Positions 50,702 to 63,269 are shown, counted from the first letter of the stretch. The stretch is 64,000 nt of DNA from Massalongia carnosa (GCA_965645245.1 OZ287071.1:558001-622000); one strand, 5' to 3'. Notes: generated by a model from the sequence alone, not told the origin. Translations and numbers: made by a program.

Positions 50702-52389
50702 CTAGCCGATTCGTTTCTCCAACTTCTTAAACAATCGGTTAACACCCTTTTCAACCTTTTCGGCCTTCTGCTCCAGTTTACCAGATGGTTGACCCAACGG
50801 GTTTTCTGAGTGTTTGCGATGTTTGTGTTTTTGGGCTTCCTCCTCTGTTGGTCTGTATACTTGACTATGTACATCATACTCATCATTATGCGGGTGATGC
50901 TTATGGTGATGTTTCGGTTGGTCATACTGATAATTAGAATACCCACCTTCAGGCTTCTGTGATTGATGGTGAGTCTCAAGATAATCGGCATACTGCGGCT
51001 GAAGATGTTGCAGCGGCTGTGGAGGGCCGGCAACATAGGAATTTCCGAGAATTTCTGTTGCTGGGGAATCTGGTCGCCGCAATTCCTTACCGTAAGGATA
51101 AATGTCTGGGTTCTGGGATGGCGGACTGGAGGATTTGCTGGGTAACTTCGAGTATGCAGCAGGTGAGCTTCCAGAGCTCTGCACTGGTGAAGAGTGAGGA
51201 GGCAGGCTTGAATATGAACTCGGCATTTTCTCAACACTTTGAGGTGGAGCAGGTGGAAAATACGAGACACTTGAGGACCTATGGTCCTGCAAAGGAACTG
51301 GAGGACTGGCATAGCCAGTAGGGGGCAGGGGTAAGGTAGATGGAGTTTTGCGCAACGGGTCTTGATTGGGAGGACTGGCATACCCCTGCGAGGATAGCGA
51401 ATAGCTATAAGGAGAGTTTGAAAGCGAGCCATGATGATGACCTAATGACATTGCTGCCTGTGTCTGATCATGATAGGCAGCCGCAGCAAGCCCAGTACCT
51501 GCCTCGGATTCTGGTGGCGGTGGTGTCTTCTCTCGGTGCTTGATTGGTTCTGGTGCTGGGGGTGCAGCTGGATTGTAGGCTAGAGGTTGATATGCTCCCG
51601 TTTCTTCGGTCTTGGGTACCTTTTGTGCCTCAACCTGCGGCTGCCTTGGAGCTGGAGGAGGGGGAAGGGACGTTGTAGCTAGCTCGGAGCTCCTAACATG
51701 TTCATTATGATATGCTGTATCCTGGATTGCTATACTCTCCAACTGCTGTACGACAGGACTCATAACTTGTTCATGAGTGGCCGGGGCAGGAGGAACATCG
51801 AAGATTTCAATCTGCTGCGGTTCAAGTAACCTTTCAACCATAGTAATGAAAGAATCCGCATCCTCCCTAGTCCAAAAATAGATATCGAGAGTGTGAAGCC
51901 GAAAGAGAAATTTCCCTTCGTTCCTGGGATCGGTATTTGGTAGTCGCCAGTGGTGCTCTGAATACTTAGTTGGTTGAGAGGCAGCCCCATGATGACCCTG
52001 ATAGCCATCTACTATGACGGTGACAAGGGATGGGTGCTTATGAGATTGTTGAATCTTTGTCGTTGCGAGAGCTGAAAGTCGATTAGCTTTAGTTGTATCA
52101 ATAAGCCTTGAAAATCCGCTCACAGCCGGTAAAAGCATCTTGCTCTGGTTTGCCCACATTGTTTGCAATCTCCAACCGGCCTCCATCATGACTGCTATTT
52201 CGATGTAGGTATAGATAAGATGCCTTGTCGAATCTATGTGATGATGGCCGGGGGGTCGGCGCGCTGAAATAGTAATGAACATCTGCAAAACTAACCAAGA
52301 CCATTCGTCAGCCTAAACATGCTTAAACTTGTAGATTCTTATTCGAGTTACACGGTCATGACACGCTCCTCGCCATGGTCTGTCGACAT
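50702..52389 (-). CDS. Conserved fungal hypothetical protein (globular N-terminal domain, Pro-rich middle, His-rich C-terminus)
   Basis: FLFRLHTLDIYFW, YNPAAPPAPEPIKHREKTPPP, HSQVYRPTEEE and KVEKGVNRLFKKLEKRIG; short first exon from ATG 52389. Confidence 0.75.
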
Positions 52390-53337
52390 GTTTCCAGCTT
52401 GAGAAGAGAAGGTATGTCTTATCAATTTGAGAGAAATTCTCGAGAGGCGCCTCCTAGGTTTTGGTTAAGTTATTCTGGGGTTCGATGACTGAATTAAAGG
52501 GAATAAGTACCAAGAGCATGATTTATTGGTTGTGATGTGGCACTGATGAGCTCATGATGCATGGTAGTTGTTGCTTATATAATATTATCTACCTTCTAAG
52601 GCAAAAGATTCTACAGAGTGTGCTTATTCTAATCTCCCTTCCAGATCGTAATGCGGATTTTGGGCTAGATGGGAACATCGTCACCTAGCCCTCTGAGCTT
52701 AGGCATTGCCAGGACGTTGCAGAGCGCCGGTTACGAGCCTGAGGGCGAGGTCCTTATTGGTGTCAAGCGGCGCAGCAGGACTCGGAATCTCGGCTTCCAT
52801 GTTCTGATAGAAGAGAAGAAGATAGAGGTCCACGACGAACGGCACAATGCTAGCCGAAACGGAGCTTTAAGTTGGTACTCGTAGGAGCTTCTATAGGAGG
52901 TAACAATCTAGGTACCAGTGAAGTGGGCTGACATAATGTATAACTACCTGTTAGTCAATACTAAAAATATTTTGGCAGTTTCTCTTATGTTTCGTAGCAT
53001 AGAATTTTTGAAGACATACTCGATCTGGCTGCTAAGTCAGTCGAATGCATTTTTCCATTCTAATGTTATATTCAATTCCAGTCAATCGTCCCAGGTGATG
53101 AGGTAGTTACGTAAAATAGATGAAGCCACGTGATGTTATTTGAATTTGACCGATGATTGGACACAATGCAAGTTGCTATGGACGAAGTGGGGGTAAACAA
53201 ACATTGCTTATTATAATGCGCCTAACTTGCTTTGTCAACAAAACAATCTTTCCGCTTTCATCCAAACGCGCATTCAACGTCAATCTTGCACCTTGCATTT
53301 GTTGCAAAAAGCCCTATTCGCGAAAGCTTTAGAATCA

Positions 53338-56300
53338 ATGGTATCCACCAAAGCCGCTTCAACTTCGACGAAGCGAAAGAAGACCGCAGACATGCCGGAT
53401 TCGCCTCCAAAGCGTGTCACCCGTGCACGCGCAAAAGTAATAGATGATGGTGTAGCGCAATCCAAAATCACGAGAATAACAACAGCATCTGCGAAGATAT
53501 CTGCAGAGAAGAAACCAAAGGTTGAATCTGTCAAAACCACCAAACGGAAGTCCAGGGCCGAGGGTGGGAATGACGATGTTGAGATGGAAAAAGAGAAGGT
53601 AACTAAGGAACCAGCAAAGAAAGAGCCAACGAAAACAAGAGGCAGACAGAAGAAGACTCAAGCTGAGACGGGTAAGGATGCGCTCAAGGTTGATGATCTA
53701 GCGCCACACAAAACTCGTTCAGCTAAGCCGATAATTGCTGAGGAAATCAGCGCAGAGGGCCCAAAGCCGAGAGGAAGACCTAAAAAGGCCATCAGCGCCG
53801 CACCTGCGGTTTTGAACAAGGTCGAAGCTGCAGATACCTCAGCACCAGCGAAGAAGAGCGTGCGTGGACGACCAACAACTATCACCGCTAAGCCTGCAAC
53901 AACCAAACAATTAACGAAAGCACCGGCGACGAGAAAGAAGGTCAAATTTCAAGATGAAGACGAGAAGGATAAAGAAAACGTGCCTTTGCAGGTAAAAGCT
54001 GCCGGAAAGCCTACAGTTAAAACGACTGGGTTACGGGCGAAGCCAATTCGCAAACCTACTACCAAAAAAATTGCGCCTCGAAGTAAAATGATAGAGGTAG
54101 AAAAGAAAGAGATTGAAGAAGTTTCAGCCGAAAAGCAGCAACCGCTGTCACCCAAAAAGGTGACACAAATTGCAAAGAGCAGTTCAATTGGTTCTGAAGA
54201 CGAGTTAGGCTGTGAGAAGACACCAGTAAGATCATTGAGCATATCACCGATAAAGCCACGAATAAGTCCAATTCGGGAAATGAACCAAGTCGTCTCTAAG
54301 ATTGACTTTGGCAATACCAAAACTCCATCCTCCCCTGTAAGAAGTGTACAGCGCATCTTAGCTAGCCCTGCCAGACGGCCGGCTCTATCACCGTTTAAGG
54401 ACGCGTTCAAAGAGTCTCCAAAGCGAGTGAACCTTGATGAGAGCATAATCAACCCGTCGGCTATGATTTCGAAATCGCCAGCAAAAGCTTCATTGCTGCA
54501 ATCTCCAGCCCGTCGGCTTGTGGTACCGCCAATCCAACTCAATGTAACTATGTCACCCACCAAGTCTGGATTTGCTTTCGAGACTGCAACGAATTCAAAG
54601 CCGGTCAAGAATCTTTCATTTCCTCCTCGGTCACCTGGGAAGACTTTCAGTAGTCCGCTTAGAAGTCTTAGAACACCAGGCCAAGCACACAAGATCAACC
54701 ATGTAAACACCGCAAGAAAGCAAACGGCATCTGAATTGAATAGCCCAGATATTCTCGCTCACTCAAGTCCTGACCTAGGCTCTAGCCCTGACAACGGTTT
54801 ACTCTCTCCGGTAGTGGCTTCTACTATGGAGTTCGTCCAAGACGCTCATTCAGTGCTGAATCTATCTTCATCTCCTTCTCAGGTTCCTACACCTGCTGCT
54901 GAGAAAGTTCTCGATGGTGCTGAGAGTGTGGTTGAGCATCACCCGTTCCCCACGGATCTTGAACCGCCGGTACTTGCAGCACCAGTCTTCTCGTTTGCGT
55001 CCCCACCCCGATATGTCCCAGAAGATTCGGAGTCGGAGGATGAATTAACCTCTCTCCGCAAATCCTATGCGCCAACTCCATTTGGAAGACTTGAAAGAAT
55101 AAAAAATTCTTCGAGCACGCCTTCATTGTTGTTGTCCAGAGGGAGAACGGAACCAGCTCAACGCACATCTCAGGCAGTAGTGCCAAACGAACATGTGGAG
55201 TGGACGCCCATCCCCCAAGACAAAGTAGAGGTATTCGCAATAACACCATTGGCGACGCAGCTAAGCACCTGGCTTGCATCGAGTGCGGAAAAGACCACTC
55301 CGCTAGAACCAAAGGAGCAGAAACGAGGTCTTTTCTCTCCTGCAGGGCCAACTCTTCTCGAGAGACCCGGGCAACGCTGGCTAGCAAGCACTATGGAGTC
55401 GCCCCCCAAGTCTTCGTTTTTTGATGATGAGATGGCTACTCGTGATGAACATGAAGAAGCTACCACGGAATTGCAGGTGGAGACTGAGGATGCCATCGTG
55501 GATGTGGGGGCGAGCATGGAATCTCGAACGTCATCGCAATACGGTGACGAGAATGCTGTACCCCTTGATCCTCAGCTTATCGCTTCCGAGCCAGTTCATG
55601 ACGACCTCATATTGACCTGTACACCAGCGAGGGTGTTTCCTATGCAGCTGCGAGAGATCCATACAGTTTCAAAAGTTCCATTGAGGGCTGAAGGCGAGGA
55701 ATCCCCGCTCAAAATTCCAAAGAAGCGAAGCAGATCGCTGGCAGCCCCCTTAAGTATGGGGAGCACCGAGAAGTTTGATTTTGGCCCCAGTAACGATTAC
55801 GTGCAGTTGGTCGAGGATACAAGTACGTCAGGTTCTATCGAATCTGCGGATGCCTTGGGTAATACCCATTCTACTCCATCCAAAGCCTGCTGTGGTATGC
55901 CGAAAACCCCTGGCACAGGTCTTCTATCCATCTTCGGTACCCCTATGAGGTCTGTTAGGAAGGGTATTGTACCCGACGTTCTCAAGGGGGCCGTAGTTTA
56001 TGTCGATGTGCACACTACAGAAGGTGCAGACGCCAGTGGAATCTTCCTCGATCTACTAACCCAAATGGGAGCGCGCTGCGTCAAGCAATGGCTCTGGAAC
56101 TCTCGCTCTGGCGTGCCCGGCTCCGGTGATGATTCGGCGGATCCATCTACGGATCTAAGCCATCCAGGTAGCAAAGTGGGAATCACTCACGTTGTATACA
56201 AAGATGGCGGGAAACGAACGCTGGAAAAGGTGCGCGAGGCTAAAGGTGTGGTCCTGTGTGTTGGTGTAGGATGGGTCTTGGAGTTAGTCAATCCCTTGGT

Positions 56301-56920
56301 CTCAAGACTTTTTTCTTAAGTATCACACAATGTATACTGACTCGTCATCAAACAGCTGTGAGCGCGAGGACCGCTGGCTCGATGAGAGCGAATACGCAGT
56401 CGACACCTCACTTATCCCCCGCGGAGGTCGTAACCGCCGTAAATCTATGGAACCCCGTGCCTTGTCCAATATGAACGGGAGTCTCATCCCTGCAGAAACC
56501 CCTGCCAAACCCATAGCCGACACCACGCTCTCGCCGACCAATGAATTCCTTACTTTTGATACCCCAACCTCTCGCCGCGATACCTTCATCATTCAACAAC
56601 CGCAGCCGCCACACACCCCCATAACCGTTACCGCTGCCACTCCCGTCCATCACGGTCTCGACGAATATAATGGAGCAGAGGACGACTCCTCATGGGGATC
56701 CCCAACCACACCGTACTACCTGAGCCGCGGCGCGCAGCTGGTGCAGCAAACATGCCCGCCCAAACAGACGGGCGAGCTGCTGTTTCCTCTTTCTGGCCGG
56801 ATCGAGGATCAGCCAGACGCAGCTTTGCGGCAGAGACTGTTGATGGCGCGGAGAAAGAGCTTGCAATGGGTTCCTAAGGTCTCGAGTCCGTTGGGGCGGG
56901 CGGTAAGCTATGGGAAGTAA
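53338..56920 (+). CDS. Large Lys/Ser/Pro-rich protein with a C-terminal BRCT domain
   Basis: Many SP/TP motifs and RGRPKK AT-hook-like motifs; BRCT-like LKGAVVYVDVHTTEGADAS...LTQMGARCVKQW...ITHVVYKDGG...CVGVGWVLD; intron ~56283-56355. Confidence 0.82.
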
Positions 56921-57286
56921 TGCGGGGGGTTCTTGGATTTCTTATCTTGGAAACTCGAGAGTCTAAGTGGATGGAGAAGGGAGAACAGAGAGCGGATACG
57001 GGGTTTGATGGGGATGATGTAACTACGGAAATCCTAGTTGCTTTCGCTTTTAGAGGGCTGGTATCTTGGAGGCCTTGTCCGTGTTTTTTGTTGTTTGGCG
57101 ACAGGCAGGCAGGCAGGGAAGCGTTTGTTCTCTTTGTTTATTAACCAAGTAATGATCCAGCATGCCTGTTCTTTTCTTTTCTTGCCTCGTTAAAAGGCGG
57201 AAATACACACATACATAGGAACACGAACAAACCGATTATGATTTTCATTGAGACTTGCGAGGGAGGCATACTATTATGTAGGTCGT

Positions 57287-58036
57287 TAGTGTCAGGATAG
57301 GCGAGTTTAAACGAATTTCATAGCAGTATGAATTATCTGGTTCTTAGTGCTACAAAATTAACGTTTCATTAAATTGATGAGATTATTTGTTTACATATAG
57401 CTAATATTTAGTATAATCTTCATTTGCATTCAGGACTGCTTGCACTCGACGAGGCATTGTTCGCATTAAATCTTTCAAAAACGCCTTCGTTAGGAAGTCT
57501 CAGGCCTTTAGGACAGCATTACTAATGATCTTTTGCATTTTTGGGGCACTTGCTGACAGAATGCATAATTCGGGATGTCTTCTATAGTATAATCAACCTC
57601 GTGATAATTTTTTTTCTCGTACGTCATTTCATGATGGTTCGAGAAACATCGGGCATAATGTTAACTTGCAACTTTTCAAAGGCTGTCGACGATCATTTGA
57701 CCTCGATTTAATCGCTGCTCGTATCAAATGACGATTTTTTCGTGCTGTGATTATTTTGGGTCGATCAGATCGTATTTTCGATTTGTGATCGTCGCGTGTT
57801 GTAGTCTTCTTCAAAGTGTCTCTTATGATGGAACGACCTCATTGCGGAAACTTCTCGTGTATAGTACTAACGGAGACGCCGGCGAGGCCCATATCGTATA
57901 TTTTAGCTCTGATTATGATGGGCACTTCTTTGCGCGTAGTTTTGGACTGTTTAGAGGTACGTGGTGGTGGCATGATGGGTTGAAAGGTGGTTGTTTACTT
58001 TTCGAAACTAAAAAATTCTCGCCTATCCGGACACTT
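57287..58036 (-). mobile_element. Internally deleted, decayed Tc1/mariner (Tc1/impala-type) DNA transposon
   Basis: TIRs AGTGTCAGGATAGGCGAG (57288-57305) and CTCGCCTATCCGGACACT (58018-58035), 17/18 match. The minus strand encodes a transposase N-terminus from ATG 57973 (...KSKIRSDRPKIITARKNRHLIRAA) and a Tc1-type C-terminus (KA*DFL...MPRRVQAVLNANEDYTKY*), with no DDE core. Confidence 0.88.
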
Positions 58037-58460
58037 CTGACCAAATAGTAGCTAGCCGGGTTGGAAATAGGATGGTGGGTTCTTAGAAGGGGTGGGCTGA
58101 ATGGGTATTTGACATATATGACGGACGCCGTTCTGATAGGATTGGTTTCGGATTGATTTCTTTTGCATTCGCTTCCCATCTCAGCTCCCAAGGAAACTGT
58201 GTTCTGCTTTCCTTGATCCTGACTCCTGGACTCATCAACCACATCCTTATTGAATTGTCGACGTGGCTGAGTAAAGCAAATGCGCTCACGGCGAACGAAC
58301 CCTCTCCATTGATGGTAGCAGATGAACCCTGGTGGCCAAGCCTGAGCGAATGTCTCTCCTCCAACGCTTTATTGCATAACAAGATACCGCCACACAGTGA
58401 CTTGGAACCCCAATGTATGCAGAAGAAGTATAGTTGCGTGGAATGAAACCTATTTCACTC

Positions 58461-59059
58461 TCACGCAGCTGCCCTCACGTACGCCGTAATGGCCTTGACT
58501 GCATCGCCATCATGTGCGCGCAACAGCTCCGTCGCTTTCGTTTTGCTTAGTTCCAGTTCGTCCACCTAGTGGATGGAATACCACTCCCGTTAGCAAGTTC
58601 GTTCTCCTCCCTTTGGCCCTAAACCCTCCTCAATCTTCCCAGCCAATCTTCCCAGCCAGAGAAAACCCACACCCTATACCAAACACTGGAGATCTCACTT
58701 ACCAAAAGCCCCACGTCTGCCGCCTCCACCTTTACCTTCCTCCCTCCCACCTCTTCCTTTCCTCCCTCCTTCCCGTCCTTCCCCTTCCCCTTCTCCCCTC
58801 CCCCACCAGCCCCTCCACCACTACCACCACCACCGCTCGCTCCCCCCTTTTTCGCAAGCTCTAACCTGCTGATCGCTCTCACGAGCGCCTCCTGGTCGAT
58901 GTTGCTATTCGCGCCTCTCTCGGGTTTCCCGTCGTCGTCTTCGTCGTGGTGCGCGTCGAGTGAGGAAAGTGCCGCGGCTGCACGGCGGTCTTCGGCGTTG
59001 GAGGGGAGAGGGGGGGTATCTTCGGCGTCGGCGGCGGCGGAGCGGAGGGGTTCGGACAT
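58461..59059 (-). CDS. HYPK-like small protein (C-terminal NAC-alpha-type UBA domain)
   Basis: EDRRAAAALSSLD, KVKVEAADVGLL then an intron, VDELELSKTKATELLRAHDGDAVKAITAYVRAAA-TGA at 58461. Confidence 0.85.
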
Positions 59060-59275
59060 TTTCCTTTTTTTATTATTTAACTGATTGGGGAGAGGGGAAA
59101 TTCTGGATGAGGGCGATGGGCGGTGTGGCTAACGGTGTGGCTGAGAAATTAGTAACTAGCGGATTGACGAGTCTGATTAGCTCGAAACATTTCTACTGCA
59201 ATTCCGATTAGGTTACTTACCTGCGTTCTCTTTAAACCGTTTCTTAATCTGTAAGAGTACGCAGAAACACTGCTC

Positions 59276-60799
59276 ATGGCAAATGAATCTGAAGAGGCGC
59301 CTATAGTTGCCCCTCAACCTAGTAAAAGCGGCGAAGACGCCGTGAATGTGAAGGTGAACCATCCGGAGCAGAGAAACGGCAATTCCTCCAAATGGAGTCT
59401 CTCCTCCTGGACCACGAAATCTATCAAGCAAGATGTGACCTATAGTGACCGCTCCGCCGTCTCGAAAACTATCGCCAAACTTGAGCGCCTGCCCCCTCTC
59501 GTTACTCCAGCTGAAATCGTGAAGCTGAGGAATAGCCTGCGTGACGTGGCGCTGGGAAAGGCGTTCCTCCTCCACGGGGGCGATTGCGCGGAGCTGTTCG
59601 ACTACTGCGAGGAAGCCGCCATCGAGTCAAAAATCAAGCTGCTCCTGCAAATGAGCCTTGTCCTCATCTGGGGCTCCAACAAGCCTGTTTTGCGTATCGC
59701 CAGAATGGCGGGGCAGTTTGCGAAACCCCGGTCTAGCCCAACGGAGATGTACGAGGGACGCGAAATCCCATCGTTTCGGGGCGACAACATCAATGGGTAC
59801 GACCCAAAAGACCGGACCCCGGACCCCAAGCGCCTCGTCGACGCCTATTTTCACTCCGCCGCCACGCTAAACTACATGCGCGCGTCGCTGTCCTCGGGCA
59901 TTGCTGACCTGCATTCTCCGCTGGATTGGGGGCTCGGCCATGTACGTGACGAGGAAATCAAGGCCAAGTACCAGCGCATCGTTGAGAGCATCACCGAGAG
60001 CCTTCGCTTCATGCGTACCGTTGGCGCCGACACCACGGCTAGCGGACTAGAGACCATAGACCTCTACACCAGCCATGAAGCCCTCCTCCTTGAGTACGAA
60101 CAAAGCCTGACCCGCCTCTTACGGCATCCTCCCTCTGCCTTCCCCCCACCTCCATCCCCTTACTCGTCCCATCCTCCATCAATCAATTCCTCGCCCACGG
60201 ACAGAGGCTACTATAACACATCGGCGCACTTCCTCTGGATCGGTGACCGCACTCGCCAGCTCACAGGCGCCCATATCGAATATATTCGCGGCATCCAAAA
60301 CCCTATCGGCATCAAAGTCGGCCCCACTCTCTCCCCCAGCGATCTTGTCGCTCTCCTCCATGCTATTGACCCCACCCGCTCCCCCGGAAAAATTACACTC
60401 ATCACCCGTTACGGCGCCCCTCGCATCGCCTCTATCCTCCCTGGGCACATCCGCGCCGTGAAAGCCAGCGGCCACCGCCCCGTCTGGCAGTGCGACCCCA
60501 TGCACGGCAACACGCGCACCTCCGCCCACGACGCCGGCCGCAAGACACGGGCCTTCGGCGACATCCTGGCCGAGCTGGCCACCGCCCTCCGCATTCACCG
60601 CGAGGAGGGCGGCCAGCTGGGTGGCGTGCACCTGGAGCTGACCGGTGACCCAGTTACCGAGTGCGTAGGCGGGAGCGAGGGCCTAACGGACGAGGATCTG
60701 GGCGTGAATTACACCACGTATTGCGATCCGCGCCTGAACGAGAAACAAGCCCTCGAGTTAGCCTTTCTAGTCGCGGGCCATTTTCGAGGCGCGAGTTGA
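59276..60799 (+). CDS. Class II DAHP synthase (phospho-2-dehydro-3-deoxyheptonate aldolase)
   Basis: Intronless 507 aa with AFLLHGGDCAE, RMAGQFAKPRS, SFRGDNING, YTSHEALLL, FLWIGDRTRQ, WQCDPMHGNT, GGVHLELTG and YTTYCDPRLN. Confidence 0.95.
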   Translation: MANESEEAPIVAPQPSKSGEDAVNVKVNHPEQRNGNSSKWSLSSWTTKSIKQDVTYSDRSAVSKTIAKLERLPPLVTPAEIVKLRNSLRDVALGKAFLLHGGDCAELFDYCEEAAIESKIKLLLQMSLVLIWGSNKPVLRIARMAGQFAKPRSSPTEMYEGREIPSFRGDNINGYDPKDRTPDPKRLVDAYFHSAATLNYMRASLSSGIADLHSPLDWGLGHVRDEEIKAKYQRIVESITESLRFMRTVGADTTASGLETIDLYTSHEALLLEYEQSLTRLLRHPPSAFPPPPSPYSSHPPSINSSPTDRGYYNTSAHFLWIGDRTRQLTGAHIEYIRGIQNPIGIKVGPTLSPSDLVALLHAIDPTRSPGKITLITRYGAPRIASILPGHIRAVKASGHRPVWQCDPMHGNTRTSAHDAGRKTRAFGDILAELATALRIHREEGGQLGGVHLELTGDPVTECVGGSEGLTDEDLGVNYTTYCDPRLNEKQALELAFLVAGHFRGAS

Positions 60800-62569
60800 C
60801 GACGAGGGGGGGAACAAAAAGGCTGGGATTTGGGGAGGAGAGTGGTGGAGCGTTTTTGAAAAGCGCTTTTTTAGTAAATTTCCTATTGGCTACCCGGGAT
60901 ACAGCCCCTACACCTTCCAAACCGATAAACCTTCCCAAAAGTAAAAGCACCAGCCCCGGATTCCAAGCCTTGTCCTTGTCCTTGTATCATCCCCCCATCC
61001 CAACCCCACCCCTATCGCACACCTGTCCCCCCCCCCTCAAAACAAAACTTCCCCAAGTACTTAAGTACAAGTCTCAGCTCCCCTTCAAAGGACTCAGTCT
61101 CTGTCTCAGTATCCTACTCGAAAGTACCTCCGAAAAAGGACCTAACTAGCTAACTAACCTGTCCCCCCTCTCCTTTCATTCTCCTTTTTTTGGAGAAAAA
61201 AAAAAACTTCAAAGAATTTCCGAGTTTCCTTTCCCTTCCCCCTTTTCCAGTTTCCAAAAAGGGGAAGGGGAAGAGAGACTTTTTGTCACGTCAACCCCCG
61301 GTCCCGTCCATGTCTCGAAAAAAAGGGCTATTGTGATCTTTCGATGAGTAATATGAATAGGTATAGCAGGCTTTTGGAGAAGGGGAAGGGAGGGAGGGAG
61401 GGAATGGATGAAATGAGAATTCTATGTAGGCGTGCAGCCGGTTTTTAAGAAAAATTGAAAAATTGAAAAAAAATCTCTCCTCTCTATCTTTTTAGAGGAA
61501 TGTTGTTCTTCATAGAAGAAAAAAAGATAAGACCGTCGGTTGAAAAGGACAATCCAAAGAGAGGGGAAAAGGAGGGGAAAGGAGAAATTTACGTGGCAGA
61601 TCGGGCTACCTACAGTACATAGGTTAGGTTTGCTAGGAAAAGGAAGGACTTTGAAAATTAAAAGACAGACAGATAGGGATGGGTGAATGGTGGATGGAGA
61701 TATCTCCAACCAGTACTACAAGCCTCAAACTCTCTCAAAAAACATTCATCCCGCCGTAGGACGAAATCCTCAGCTGCGGCTAGTAAGAAAAGAGGAAACA
61801 GCCGAGAACTGTGTTAACTGCCACACTGCTTTGTTGAAATTTAGCACGCGCTTCTGATATATCGCATAGTACTCGTAAGCCCCCCTTTCGTTAATACCGT
61901 CTCAGCCATGATACGGCTGCGAGGATCTCTCAACTTAGCAAAAGAGTAGTTCTCTCAAGAACAAGATATTTGGTTAGCCTAGCCTTATTGACCCAGTTAC
62001 CATCCTCATAGCTCAACTCTCATCCCTCAAGAACCCTCCCTGTTCCAGTGCCAGCTGTATTCCGGCTCTGGATCAGTATGAATAGTATACTGATCCTGGT
62101 AGAAGTGAAAGTCACTAAAATTTTTGGTTTATTGACTCAAAGCTTCATTGCTGAGTAAATAAGGAGGTATCAAGCTTACATAAATCCCCACGACTCAAAG
62201 TTAAACCGACATTGGTATGGTGCCTTAGGCTGAATCTTAATGCTATAATGATCTTCCATATGAGTGGGAGCAACCATGGCACCTCCAATAGGTGGCTCGA
62301 CGCTTTATAGCCGATTCTCGCTCCGTAGCACCCAATTAATTCCAAACATACCTCCCTCAACCTAACATTAACTTAATATGTAACGGGTTCACGATGCTAC
62401 TGACGGAGTCGCCAGCGAGCGCAATCGGAAGATTCCATTTTGGAGAAGTTTTTTTGTGTCTGAAGAACGTTTTCTCAGTGGTGTGGTCAAATGAGGCATC
62501 GTGAGCTGATAGCCTTACAAGATGTCCCGGTACCATCATGATCACCAGCTTGCAAGGAGGCAAACTCCG

Positions 62570-62891
62570 TTAAGACTCAGACAAGGGGTTTTCTTCAGCG
62601 CGAGGCACCATCCTCTTCCGTTCTTGCCCACGGAACACTACCTCGCAAAACAACACATCAGCCTATTCATCTGAAGGGACCCATGCACAATCTTACCTCG
62701 CTGGAAGAGGATATAGCTTGTAACAATAGCGATCGGAAGGGCAACGATAGTCAACGTAACTCTACATACAAGTTAGGGGTAGTTGGCTTCAAATGGAGTT
62801 TATATAGGGTAACGGCGGACCTTCGGGCCGTGGCCTTGTAGTTTGGAGGGAGTTGGGCGCTGGCCAGCGGAGGTTGGCGTGGAGGGCTCAT
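62570..62891 (-). CDS. Small single-TM conserved fungal protein (three exons, ~67 aa)
   Basis: MSPPRQPPLASAQLPPNYKATARR | VTLTIVALPIAIVTSYILFQR | VFRGQERKRMVPRAEENPLSES*, joined through GT-AG introns at ~62763-62820 and ~62638-62696. Confidence 0.65.
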
Positions 62892-63269
62892 ATTTGGGTT
62901 TTTGGAGTTATGACTGAAATCCTCCAGAGCATTCGCCTTCAGGGTTCTTGCCAGTTTTGTGCTCGAGAGGTTTGGGTTGGAGCTGGTCCTGGCTGTGAAG
63001 ACTGGCGCTATAGCGATCAATTGCGCAGGCCACTAGGCTTTCATATCGGGGGAAAAGTGTTTTGCGGTGTAGGCAGCTTCAGTTTTTGCATTCTGTATTT
63101 TGGTCTACAAGTAAGACCTATGAGGGTGAAGACTGCACGCCATCAAGGCGAGATAGATGACTACCTGCCCGACTAGTTAAGCTCCTTCGGGTTAGCCTTA
63201 AAGAAAGTTAAGTTCCTTCGAGTGACTAGCTTTGTTTAAATGGAAAATTCAAGTTTACGATCAGATATA

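Noticed and set aside
59276..60799. Intronless GC-rich class II DAHP synthase as a recent bacterial transfer
   Set aside because: Class II DAHP synthases are established in filamentous fungi, and the GC-rich patch extends into the intron-containing HYPK-like neighbour.
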